64,000 nucleotides of DNA from Felis catus (Eukaryota), in contig NC_058368.1 of NCBI RefSeq assembly GCF_018350175.1, forward strand, positions 138,138,001 through 138,202,000, read 5' to 3'. Of the stretch, positions 52,263-64,000 are shown in pieces. The notes below the pieces were generated by a model, which saw only the letters and a list, made by a program, of their open reading frames with translations, was not told the DNA's origin and did no database searches. The position numbers and the translations under genes were made by a program. The first letter of the stretch is position 1; the number at the start of each line of letters is the position of its first letter.

Positions 52263-52335
52263 GCTCTTGAAGATCAAGAAGCCAGGCCGGAGGAAAGACA
52301 AGACATGCCTTCCAGTGCTGCAGAAACTGAAGAAG
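52263..52335 (+). CDS. ARHGEF28: ARHGEF28 coding exon (73 bp, phase 0 to 1): ALEDQEARPEERQDMPSSAAETEE
   Basis: Long pyrimidine tract ending ttag|GCT, donor GAAG|gtatgg. In frame. Resembles recalled human AFEPEARPEERTAMPSSGAETEE. Confidence 0.92.
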
Positions 52336-54985
52336 GTATGGAAGCTCCTTGCCCCTCCCTGAGGAACCCAGAGAGTACTCAGAAGTAACAAGTTAAACTG
52401 GTGGTGACAGTAGGTAGTGGAGCGTAGTAGAAACCGATTCTTTCCTTTGGCTTTCTATTTAAGAATATTTCTTATTTTTTTGAAATTAGGTGTGGGGATA
52501 GGGTTATATATATTTGGGGGCATGATTACATTATCTATTTAATTTCAGGATGGTGGGGGGGCATTACAAAATATCACAGATTGTGGTCTACTAGGAGATT
52601 CTTAAGAGGTTATGTTTTTCTGTTCCTCCTGGGACAGTGGGTGGAGTGGGAGGCTCCATGCTTGTATCTGTAGCTGCCATTGATTAAAAGATGGCAGTGT
52701 TATGCCGGAGATCAGCTTTGCAGTCTCTGTTAGTGTAATAAATGGTGTCATCATTGTCTTTGAACCAATTATGTTTCCATAGTTTCAGGATTATAATCGT
52801 ACTCCCAGCAGGATGGGATGTTATTCAAAATGAACTAAATAAAAAGCCTTCTCATTTTTAATATGCTGAGATGAATATGCTAATGATTAGTATTTATTAA
52901 TCTACCAACTGACACTGTTTTGTCCCTTGCCGCCTTCGTCCTTGTTTGATCTCCTATGCTAGGATTTCCCAAGGAGCGTTGTACAAAACACCCATGTTGG
53001 GAGATGCTTTGATAAATCAGGATTCTTGGACCAAATAGGTTAAAAAAGGCACTGTAAGAGACCTTCATTCATTCTGGAGATTGAGAGTACATTAAATGTT
53101 TTTCAGCTTCTAGTTAACTTGTTGCAGTCAAGACCCCCGGGTGACCTTATTCGATAGTTCTCCAAGTGGTTCATGCCAAGAATCCCCTTTTAATGGTGCT
53201 TACACCGTCTCATGGAGATGGTCTGTGGAAGGAACTTGAGGGATGTTGCCCTTCCTCATTTCTACCGCTCCTGCCCTTTCTGGACTGTATTTCCTTCCCT
53301 TTCACTATCAGTCACATGGATCTTCTCCATCCATTAGTACGGTAATGCTCCCACTGGGAGCTGGGTAAGGGAGGTGTTTTTAAAACTCTTCTTGGCATCT
53401 TCAATATTGAGAACACCTGTGCCTTGCCACCCCCCCCACCCCGCCCCCCGTGCTGTACTTTCTGATGTTGTTTGGCAGGTTGATGCTGCTTAGCGTCTGT
53501 GGGGCATAGACAGCAAACAGAACCATTGTAATATCACTGACCACAATATGACTCCATTTTCTTTTATATTCTGTAGTTGAAAAACAAAACCCTATGTGAT
53601 TTGCTAACTGTCTTGACTTCTGTGTTAAATAGTCCCTTACTTTGTTGGCTTCTCTCCATTAATTATGTTCCACGTTTTCATTAACAAGGAAGTGGGGAGT
53701 CGGGACTGGAGCTTGAGTTCTCATCACAAAGGACAGAAGGCAGAATCTTTTCCTGCAGGCTGAAACAGCAGTTCACAGCAGGGCGGAGAGGTTTCCTCTT
53801 CATGACCCTGCGACAAAGGCGGGAGAGGCTATGGATCCAAACACAAGGCACTGTCTAGGCAGGCAGATGTGAGCCCTGCAGGCTCATCTACTTACTCACT
53901 CTGTAAACATTTGAGTGTTCACTGTATGGCAGGCAGTGTTCTAAGCGCTGGTGACATAGCAGTAGCTAAAAAGGCAGAGAGAAAAAAAAAACCCTGATCT
54001 CAAGCAGTTTACTTGTATATAGTTGCACGCCAATATTTCTTGAGTGCCAGACCCTGTTCTAGGTGCTGGGGACGCGGCTGTGCGCTGACCACAATTTGTG
54101 CATTCCAGTGATCACTGAGAGGGACATTGCTAGGAGTCAGGAGTATATTTGTTCAGTTGTATACATGAGAAAGTAGCAGCACAGAGGGGTCACGTAACTT
54201 GTCTGACGTGATACTTGCTCAGGCAGTCAGAAGTGTGGCACGTAAATTCTCTTACCTGTCCCACTATCCAATAGCCACTACCCTGATATAATGGAACACT
54301 TACCTATTTCATCCTTGGGCTGCCGATGGAGAGTTCTCTCCAGCGTTTGTGTAATGGAAACGTGTAGAATTGAGAGCATTGCCTTGAAGTCAGCTCTCTT
54401 CCACATGGCTGACCTGTCTCATAAAGTCCTTCCAAGGATTTATGACCCACAGGCACATCTTGATGACACACACCAACTACAGGCAGACTCTGCTGAAAAC
54501 TCAGCCCCACCATGATCTGGCTTCTGAACATTCTGCAGGTTATTGAGCTGTGTTTTCTTTTGCGCCACATGGTGCAGCTGGGGGTATCATTTAATACTTC
54601 ATCATACGGCTTAAATGAGAAAATACAGGTAGAGTCCCTGGACCAGTGTCTGACCACAGATGCTTAGCCACTGCCAGTGCATAGCAATGCTAGCCTGTTA
54701 CAAGTGCAAGTTATAAGCTGGGCTAGGGTGGCGTTAGTGGCAGTCATGCACGTGTTGGGATATCAAGACACAGCTCTTCCTGTCAGAGTAACGAGGTAAG
54801 CAGCTCTTTCATCTGAGAGTTCCTTAGATGAGGTTGCAGCCCTTCCCTCTGTGCTCTGGGTGAGTGAAAGGTGAAGAGGGAGCTGGGTGGGGGATCCTCC
54901 TTATTGGAATACTTGCGGTGAGTTACTGGGCAAACAAGGGGGCTTTTATGTGTGCACGGTTTCCCTTCCAAGAGTCTTCATTTTA

Positions 54986-55213
54986 TTTTATTTAAAAAAA
55001 ATTTTTTTTTAACGTTTATTCATTTTTGAGACAGAGAGAGACAGAGCATGAACGGGGGAGGGGCAGAGAGAGAGGGAGACACAGAATCTGAAACAGGCTC
55101 CAGGCTCTGAGCGGTCAGCACAGAGCCTGATGCGGGGCTCGAACCCACGGACCGCGGGATCGTGACCTGAACCGAAGTCGGCCGCTTAACCGACTGAGCC
55201 ACCCAGGCGCCCC
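54986..55213 (-). mobile_element. Can-SINE, TSD aagagtcttcatttta
   Basis: Body plus perfect 16-bp TSD. Confidence 0.96.
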
Positions 55214-56364
55214 AAGAGTCTTCATTTTAAATACTGTAACCGAATGTCTTTTTAGAAATGTTGAATACAGTTCCAAGGTTTGTCAAGACGCAGGTCCTTT
55301 AAGCCAGGATGGCTGGGAACTGAGGTGTACGGGTTTCAGGACCGCAGTTAAGGAGGCTGTTCTGTGGGGATTGGTTACTCAGTTGGACACAGAGCTGTTA
55401 CCTTAACCCTAGTGTGGAGTGTCCCTCCAAGGACTTGATCAGGGTTTTTCACCTGAAGTCAAGTATTTAGGCTCTTTGAAGACCGTTACAAATCATACCC
55501 AGAGGATGTACTTTCCAGCCCGAGGAAGTGATTTGAAATTGTTCATTTCGTCTTAAAGAATAGCTCAGCTTTTTCTGTACTTTCTTTAGAGACTGGCCTT
55601 ACCCATCTTCTTTCTCCTCCCCACAGAAGAGAATGGGTTTCATCATTAGAGGACCAGGGATAAAAATAGGATATCAACCTGATATGATGTTCCTTTTGTG
55701 TGTTGTTATTATTATTCTAGTTTTTTCTCACACGTAAGGAAAAATTCTTCTCCTTGCCTCTCCAAATGATTACAGAATTAAAGAGTAGCGGTGTGAGCTG
55801 GAAAGAATCTCTGATTCTTCAGAACTCACCTAGATGTAACAACTTCTGTTGAGATGTGCCACGGACACTGGCTCCATCTAGGTTAGATTGGCAGGCTAGC
55901 GGCAAGGACTTGCATGAACTGAGCTTACTTGTATTAGGAGTCTGATACAATTGAAACAAGCTTAAGTTGAAACCCTACAGCTAAAGAGTTTCTTTCCCAA
56001 GTTGAACTAGAATCTAAGTGGGAAGCCAGAGGGACACAAGAGTAATTCACAAGACAAAATTGAATGTCGTTTATACCTTTCAAATATGACTTGCCTCATT
56101 TCATTCAAGCAGTTGAGTAAATCAGAAAAATTATTTCCTGACCTCAGTTGGAGATGGAATGATTGAGAGCTTCTGCTGACTAGATGTTTGTAACTAAAAT
56201 TTTGGGCTGAGGGTATCTTTTTTTTTTTTTTTTCTTTTTAAAGACCCATGACCAAGTTCTTCATTCTTTGAAATTTTATGGACAGTGGACGATGCACACT
56301 GGAGATCTAAAAAAAGAAAACAAAAAAACCACAAAACCCACCCAAAACTATATCGTAAAGACAT

Positions 56365-57125
56365 ATTAAGCATAGTTACCACATGACCCAGCAATTACAC
56401 TCCTAGATACATCCTCAAGCAGAATGAAAACCTACATCTCCATAATAAAATGTATGTGCAGGTGTTGATAGCAGCCTCATTTGTAACTGCCAAAAAGTGG
56501 GAACAAACCCGAGTATCAGTTTCGGAGCGAATATACAAAATGTGGTCCATCCACACGATTGAATGGCGTTTGGCAATAAAAAGGGATGGGCTACTGGTAC
56601 ATGACAACATGAATGAACCTTAAAAATAGGAAATATCCAGAACAGAGAAATCCATTAAGAAAGAATGAAGATGGGGCGCCTGGGTGGCGCAGTCGGTTAA
56701 GCGTCCGACTTCAGCCAGGTCAAGATCTCGCGGTCCGTGAGTTCGAGCCCCGCGTCAGGCTCTGGGCTGATGGCTCAGAGCCTGGAGCCTGTTTCCGATT
56801 CTGTGTCTCCCTCTCTCTGCCCCTCCCCCGTTCATGCTCTGTCTCTCTCTGTCCCAAAAATAAATAAACGTTGGAAAAAAAAAATTAAAAAAAAAAAATA
56901 AATAAAAAAAAAAAAGAAAGAATGAAGATTAGTGGTTGCCTTTGGCTGGGGTAGGAATGCAGGCAGTTAGGGAGAAATGGGCCTTGAGTGCTAATGGGTA
57001 TAGGGCTTCTTACTGGGCGTAATGAAAATGTTCACAAATTGTGATGATTGCACACCTCCGAATATGTCAGAAATAACTATATGCTTTAAATGGGTGATTA
57101 GTATGATATTTTACCTTAAAGCTGT
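56365..57125 (+). mobile_element. Old L1 (L1M-type) 3' end, split by a young SINE
   Basis: accacatgacccagcaattacactcctag...aaatgtggtccatccacac...atgaatgaacctt...gattagtggttgcc...aatgggtatagg. Confidence 0.85.
56673..56913 (+). mobile_element. Young felid Can-SINE, TSD aagaaagaatgaagat
   Basis: CpG-intact body, long A-tail, perfect 16-bp TSD. Confidence 0.97.
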
Positions 57126-59072
57126 TGAAAGGTACTTCTGTAGCGGAAGAAGTGTATACTAAAACATTAACAATGGTTTTATTATTTCTTTTGATATTTA
57201 CAAAATGTTTAAATTACTTTGGTGGTCCAAAAAAGTGTCTTAAGTAATTTGAAAACATTTTGAAAAAGATGTCTTAAAGTCTTTTTGAAAGGACGCAGAG
57301 CACGCATATGAAAATTATATTGTAAAACAACCCTACATTTGGAATTGCTTTAGGGCAAGAATCTCTTCTCTCACCTTGATGTCCTCTCCCCGGCTGATCG
57401 TGTGTCTCAGCCAGTGATCCAGCTAATGTTGTGGACTTGAATGGACTTTTAAGGCTCCTAGAAGAATGGGGCTCATGCTGGTATTTCTGTAGATAAGTGC
57501 CTTATCCTCTCTCCCAGTCCATATTTATATTGGGAAGTCCAAAAGATAGTTTTTCCTAGTATTCCCACTTTTAGGAAAAAATGGAGTAATTGGGATGGTG
57601 AAACAAGAGGTCACAGGGTTAAATGGTCTCCAAATTAAGGCTTCTTAAGGAAGGCTTCTCAGATTTGTTCATTTCACCATTTTAGTTCTCTGGCATTTGC
57701 GAATCAGACATGCACACTAGGTAAAACATTAAAGTGATACATGGAAGTGATGTTGTTATATAAGGGAAACACCAGTGCGTGACTGGAAGTGAAAGGGTGA
57801 CTTTTGGACTTAGCTGGAGGGGTGGGAGGAAGCCGAGGGAAAAACATTCATCCGTCTGATCTGTCTGGCAGGTTAGAAGTTACAGTCAACAGTGATGGTT
57901 TTGAAAGTGTTTGAATTTGTATTTCAAACAAGTGAACCACTTTCCCTTCCCAGTCATGACCTACAGTTTGCCTCATGATCCACTACATCTCATTAGCTCT
58001 TTCGGGCCACCAGATTTCGGTGGAGGAGAGAAGCATTTATTCAGTGCCTTTAATATGCTAAGCGCTCTGCTTGGCATTGGGGATTCAAATGTTGGGCCCA
58101 AATCAGTTTGGACCCAGCCTCCCTAGAACTCATTCTGTTGGGAGAATAGGGTCCATTCAAAGACTCTGAACCACTCTGAATTCCTTTGGACCTTTGTGGA
58201 GGAGGCATTGCAAGCTGAGAGCATGACCTGTATTTTCCAGTTGTACTTCTGATGATGCCTTGCAAATCTAACCCAGTTACTGACTTGGTTGTGGACAGCT
58301 GAACCTGAACCAGGGATGAACAGCAGTAGTTGGCTGGGTGGCTCTGATCAGGACTTTTTTTTTTTTTTTTGCCTCCTTGGGAGGAGGCGCAGCAAAGGGT
58401 ATTTAAAGGAGAATACTGATCATCTTGTATTTTCAGTGTAAGCTTTTGCTTTGCTTGAATGTAGCCTCTGGGCTCCCATTTTTCAAAAGGGGACAGTAAG
58501 ACTTAACACAGAGTCGAGATCTATTAGGCTCATCTCTTTCTTAACAAAACACTGCTAGTAATCTTAGAGCTCCTTAGCCCTGTTTTGTGAAAACCCTGTT
58601 TGCCCGCATAGTGTCTCTGGTGAACACGACTGTCAGAGATTATTTCTTCCGTTATAGTTTGGACGTAAGAAAACATGTTTATTAAGTTTGGTAAATCAGG
58701 TTTAGAGGGGATAATCCTTCTGGGTGGGCCTGGGAAGGCAAGATGAATAGGCCTTTAAAACAGCATAGTTCGAAGTTACTGATATCATTATCTGCTGGAG
58801 GTTGCTATAGCAATAACTGGTTTGATCGCCCTGTGCACTTGATGGTACAGGGGAGTACGTGTAAAAGGATCCTGGTAATTTAGCAGAGACTCTCCTGGAA
58901 CAGTATGATTAAACTCCAGTAGAATGAGTGCCAACTTCTTGAAAAGCTCTAGGATGAAGTTGTGTATAGTCCTAGATTAATTAATGATACATTATTATCC
59001 TGAATCTATACACTGTCACAAATATTTGTAATGGTGTTTGGATAAAGGTTTTCTAACTCTGAAAGTTATTTT

Positions 59073-59329
59073 GTTTATTTATTTATTTTTTATTTTTATT
59101 TTTATTTTTTTTATTTAAAAAAAAATTTTTTTTTAACCTTTATTTTTGAGACAGAGAGAGACAGAGCATGAATGAGGGAGGGTCAGAGAGAGAGATACAG
59201 AATCCGAAACAGGCTCCAGGCTCCGAGCTGTCAGCACAGAGCCTGACGCGGGGCTCGAACTCACGGACTGCGAGATCATGACCTGAGCTGAAGTCGGACG
59301 CTCAACCGACTGAGCCACCCAGGCGCCCC
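59073..59329 (-). mobile_element. Can-SINE, TSD tgaaagttatttt
   Basis: Body, long T-rich tail, TSD. Confidence 0.95.
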
Positions 59330-60047
59330 TGAAAGTTATTTTTAAAGTGACGAAGTACAAATTTTAAAAAGCCGTGCCCCTTTTGATACAGTTTGTGGTT
59401 TTTGCATTAATGAGATTAGATTGTGTCTGAAACAGAAGAAAAATGCCACAGATTATACAGAAAACTGTAGGCTGACGGTGTGCAAAGCCTGGAATTTGGA
59501 CAGTGGCAGGAAGCTGGAATCTGAACATACGATCAGGGTGGCACATCTTTTGTTATTGCAGGCTGGGTTTTACCAGGCGCTGGGGCCTTCTTCATTAGCA
59601 CAATCTTGAATAAAATGTGTGCTGCCCCTTTTAATCACTGCTGTAGGTACACGATTGTTTAGAAATGCGGAATGCTAATTTAAGAGCATATGGTCTGAAA
59701 TGGCTTTAAAGGAATATTTTCTAGTGTCAAAAGAAAAACGTGTGTGATTCTCTTGGAGTCTGTGCACAAGTGTCTGTTGAAACTTTGGTTCTCGGACTCT
59801 TCCCCTTCTTTAACATGCTGCTATTTCCCCCCACCTAGCCAAATTTTAGGGTTTGGGCATGTGTGTTTCAAAACAAAATCCCTAATACTTTCTACAGGTG
59901 CTTCGCATCAATTTACGCATCTGTGTAACAGGACAGAAAGCTTTATGTTAGTGTTTCGAATTTCGGCACTTGAGCAGCGGGCTTTTAAAGGGTGAAATTG
60001 GCTCCTTTTGGCGTTCCTAGCTCTGACCATGCTCCGCAGACGCTACT

Positions 60048-60066
60048 CTGCTGCCCCCTGGAGGCC
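60048..60066 (-). promoter_or_regulatory. Candidate CTCF-binding site
   Basis: Minus strand reads GGCCTCCAGGGGGCAGCAG, close to the CTCF core CCASYAGRKGGCRS, in apparently unique sequence. Confidence 0.55.
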
Positions 60067-61412
60067 CCGTGTGGGCTCTGCATTTAAAGGTAGGCAGGGA
60101 TCCAGAGAACAGAAGCTGCTCAGGCTGGGTGTCCGAGTGTCCCTCACCCCTGCTGAGGTCAGTTGACATGACCACGTGGAATTGAAGCTGTTATCTTAGC
60201 ATTTTTCATTATAGGTCTTGTAAGGATTATGAATGCAAGGACAGTAAACTATTGGGGGACATAAATATCTCCTGACTTGTTAGTAAACCCAAGGTTTATG
60301 TTAGCAAATTAAAAAAAAAAAACCCCATCATGACAGTGAGAGAGTTGACTGCTGCGCTCTGTCCTTGACCTATTGTAATTTTTTAGGAAGTGCAGTCTAC
60401 TGTGTCTAAGCAAAAACATGAATGAAAGTCCTAGCTTTGGTGCCTGGCAGTAAGAAGAGCTTGCGTAAATACTCCCGGAGGTCTGGAGCCTCAGGTGACT
60501 TCAGTTAATAGGAATGGCTAAGTGGAGTGGCAAATAGCTAGTTAAATCAGGGGGGTTTCCTCTGAATCAGCGTTGGGGCCGGCCATGGTGGCAGGGCAGC
60601 TGAGGGAGGGTTCAGGGGAGGCCGGGGGCCCACGCTGTTGTATGTTAATACAATTGGTGGTAAAGATTCTTAGCCATCTGCCCTTGGTAAGAGTGTCCAA
60701 CACTTATTTTCCCCAGGCCCCAGCCTGCTTTTGGTGGTTACGTGTCAACAACAGTGGCTCTTGTTTATGGGCAACTGAGTGGGAAGAGAATCAGTCAGCA
60801 CCCAGAGAAAAATACCCTGTAAATAAGCCTTCCTGTTTAGCCCAGAACATCCCGACCACTCATATTTCCAGGAAAGCCTTTATTCAGAAAGAGGGCGCTC
60901 AGTGTGCCTGTGGCCTGTCCATGCTCAGCCTGGCATCATCTGTGGTGGGAGCGCAAGGGTTTTGCTAGCACTGTGGGCTTTTAAGGATGCCTGAGGAAAG
61001 GCCACAGCTCATCTGGAATGAATTAGGCTCTTTTGAAACATAAAATGTGTGGTATTTGAGGAACTGGACGTGGGATTTCCTCAGGTAGGTACTCGTCATG
61101 TCCTTAGAATCCGGGCTATTTTGAAGAGCCTTCGCTCTGTGAGCCGCCTTCCTTCTGAAGCCAGGGCATTTGTTTATTTAATGGTGGTTTTTTTTTTTTT
61201 CCCTCAGGATTTCCTGCAGGAGGTCCGGGGCTTGTTTGCCTCTTGGTCCACATAAAAACTACCAGAGTGTGGTAGTTGGGCTGTCAGATACTCTGCTCGG
61301 TGGAGAGGTGATTTTTAAGAAGCTTCATCTAAAAACCTAGCTCCACACGGAGAGTTCCTGGGCTACGCAATTATATCTAGTCATCTAGTTTTTGTTTCCT
61401 TCGTTGTCTTTT

Positions 61413-61629
61413 TTTTTTTTTTTTATTAACGTTTATTTATTTTTGGGACAGAGAGAGACAGAGCATGAACGGGGGACGGGCAGAGAGAGAGGGAGACACA
61501 GAATCGGAAACAGGCTCCAGGCTCTGAGCCATCAGCCCAGAGCCCGACACGGGGCTCGAACTCACGGACCGCGAGATCGTGACCTGGCTGAAGTCGGACG
61601 CTTAACCGACTGCGCCACCCAGGCACCCC
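61413..61629 (-). mobile_element. Young felid Can-SINE, TSD tccttcgttgtctttt
   Basis: CpG-intact body and perfect 16-bp TSD; ends 65 bp before an exon. Confidence 0.97.
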
Positions 61630-61694
61630 TCCTTCGTTGTCTTTTAATGAAAACTCCCACTGGCTGATCCTGATGAGGATTATTCCTTTTGCAG

Positions 61695-61750
61695 AGATTA
61701 AGAATTTGGTGTCTGGCGGATCATCACCGGAAAAGGAAGGCGATGTAAAG
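61695..61750 (+). CDS. ARHGEF28: ARHGEF28 coding exon (56 bp, phase 1 to 0): EIKNLVSGGSSPEKEGDVK
   Basis: Acceptor ttccttttgcag|AG, donor AAAG|gtaacg. In frame. Resembles recalled human EIKNSVSSRSAAEKEDIK. Confidence 0.88.
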
Positions 61751-62315
61751 GTAACGGGTCTCCTCCCCTCCTTTCTCCTTTCCACATTTTCTCCACAGCT
61801 GAATTAGAAGGGAAGGTCCAGCGGTGACAAAACATTTTAAAAGAACCAAATCTGAAAACAAGTAAAGCCCCAGGGGCGTGCCCCAAGTCACGTGCAGAGT
61901 AACTTGCACTTCAGTTTCCTTTGCAGTCTCTTGATGACCAAAGCTGGCTGTCTTTCTGGGTCGCAGTTGTGTATGCAGGACCGTTGTAGGTACATTTTCC
62001 AAAATAAGTTTTTCCTTGAAGACCGAGAGCTGTGGAGGTTTGCCAGCAATGTGACAACTGGACCTGAGAGCCAGCCTCCGGGAGTAAAATCACCTGTGGG
62101 GAGTGGTCAGGTGTGCCTCAGCGTAGGGCCCGGTCCTTTCCTTAAGGTGGCTCTTCCATAATGCTAATTAAGTCCAAGACTAGCTTCCTGTTGATGTGCC
62201 GTGATACACGTGACACGTCTTGATTTTTTTTTTTTTTCTGAGATGATACACACGAACAGAATTGTGGCACATTAAGTAATTTTTTAACATCCCTGACTTT
62301 ATCGATATTTTCCAG

Positions 62316-62376
62316 TGTGTGGAAAGCCCGGTGGTTCAACCGAAGGAACCCGAAGACCGGGACAGTCTAGACGCGG
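62316..62376 (+). CDS. ARHGEF28: ARHGEF28 coding exon (61 bp, phase 0 to 1): CVESPVVQPKEPEDRDSLDA
   Basis: Acceptor attttccag|TGT, donor GCGG|gtatgt. In frame. Resembles recalled human RVKSLVVQHNEHEDQHSLDL. Confidence 0.85.
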
Positions 62377-64000
62377 GTATGTTCTGAAATGCCACTTTCC
62401 CCTGTACTCACAGGAGTATGCCAGTCCTGGGTATGCACGGGACAAAATGAAATCTTCCTTCCTGGGAGCTGTGGCTAGTTTGTGAACACGATGGACGTAA
62501 ATTTTCCTTGCAGCAACAGTTCTAATATTAGGAGTTGAGAGGTTGAATAATATCCACTTATGATCCTTTAAAAAACAAATCAAGACAAAGCCATGAAGGC
62601 TTTTCCTGAGCGGTTGAACTCTGAGCCAGACTCTGTCTTGGGACTCACTGTGTTGCTTATGTTGTTACTTCTGTGAGGTAGGCTCCACTTGCTTCAGGTG
62701 AAGTGACAGGGGTCCTTGAGAGCAGGTGGTGGAATGGAGACTCCTAACTTCATTCTGCCTGGCCCCGGAATCCCAAGCTTAACACCCTCCCATTTGGATA
62801 CCCACTTGGGCGGCCCTCGGAGCTGAGCCCCTGTGGTCCTCTCCCTGGCCTCAGGAAAGACCAGATGCTTGTCACTGGGTGCGGAACTTGGCACAAAGAG
62901 ATCCCTTGGTCGGGTGAATGTAGTTTTTCCCGGGGACTGAACATTCTCATCTGTCCACAAGTTCTAGTTCACAAGTCTCTATGGCTTCTCCCCAGATCTC
63001 CTTGGCCATCTTCCAATTCTTGAGGGCTAATCTGGACCCCAGGGTTCCGCTTTGAGTTAGAGCCTGACGAAGCAGTTGGAGGCTGGGGGACATACATAAA
63101 CTGGGCTCTCAGCTGATGTCTCGTCTCGGCCCCTGGGCGGTCTGCGCAGACCTCTGGGGCTCAGTGCAAGGCAGATACGCACCAGCTTTCCCAGTTGGTT
63201 TCTTTAGACTCAGCGAAGCTGGGGCAGTTCGCGCACCTGGAAAGCACACAGGCAGGGCAGTGTGAAGTGTTGCGAGGGTGCAGTGGAGGTGTTATTGGCC
63301 CCGGTGGCGAAGTGCTCAGGCCGATGGGAAGGGCAGGGAAACGGAGACAGTGCCCAGGCTGAGTTTAATGGTGAAGGTGGGTGGGCCCGGGAGCCTAGTG
63401 GCGCAGGGGTCTCCCTGGAGGCCAGTGGGGTGTTGGCATATTTGGCAGGCACAGGCAGAGCAGTGACAGCAGTTGGGGAGGCGTGAAGAGTAGAACACGG
63501 CGAGGAGGAAGTACCGTCAGCGTCCGTTGGCTGTGCTGCTGGTAGCTTGGCTGCGAGCCAGACGTGTTTCCAGGGTCTCCCTGAATGAGGTACTACTGCA
63601 GTTGGGACAGAAACTGAGATTCTTCCGAGCAGTGTGCGCACCTTTAAGATTGCTGCTATATAAGGTAAGGGTACTGCTTGACTTGCAGAAGAGGGGAAGA
63701 GGAAGGAGAAATGAAAGCAAACGTCTCCGTTTAAATGACTGTTGTAGGCCATTAAAGCCAGAATCCTAGCCCTTGCTCACGCGCACAGGATGTCTCATCT
63801 ACAAATTGCATCATGCCCCCAGGAACGTTAGCTGTGAAGGATGTTTACCAAAACACACTGCTGGTGGGGGAGGACCGTCGGCTTTTACAGGGGTTCAATA
63901 GCAAGAAGAGACTAATTTTCAGCCTTGAAGGCTCCATTCTCACACCGGTGCACGTGCTGGGTTAGAAGACACGTGGTAAGGAGACAGTAGTGGTCTGACC

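Noticed and set aside
1307..61785. Recurring ORF families MAQ.VK.PTSAQVMIS... and GQRETEHERGRGRERGRHRIGNRLQ...
   Set aside because: These are translations of Can-SINE copies, not a gene family, protein repeat system or CRISPR-like array.
63210..63752. 180-aa minus-strand ORF
   Set aside because: Explained by high GC content; non-ATG start, Pro/Ser/Ala-rich, no domain.

Overview
Mammalian, almost certainly felid (cat-like), genomic DNA. It is rich in felid-type Can-SINEs and also carries L1, MIR/L2, LTR and DNA-transposon remnants. The whole window lies inside one + strand gene, ARHGEF28 (RGNEF/p190RhoGEF). Seven consecutive internal coding exons (21142-21289, 24187-24480, 43918-44101, 47329-47509, 52263-52335, 61695-61750, 62316-62376) have canonical AG/GT boundaries and splice in frame into the N-terminal region. 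The start codon lies upstream of the window and the DH/PH exons lie downstream. Almost all ORFs in the six-frame track are spurious or repeat-derived. I found no convincing new multi-gene system. The best leads are: a DBB-plus-ankyrin-like module in the encoded N-terminus resembling BCAP/BANK1; a possible SINE-SINE inversion shown by an inverted target-site duplication (TSD); a SINE 3'-transduction; repeated use of single insertion sites; a young antisense SINE 65 bp from an exon acceptor; and a strong CTCF-like motif. Gene and repeat family names come from recognition and memory, not database searches. Boundaries of old repeats are approximate.
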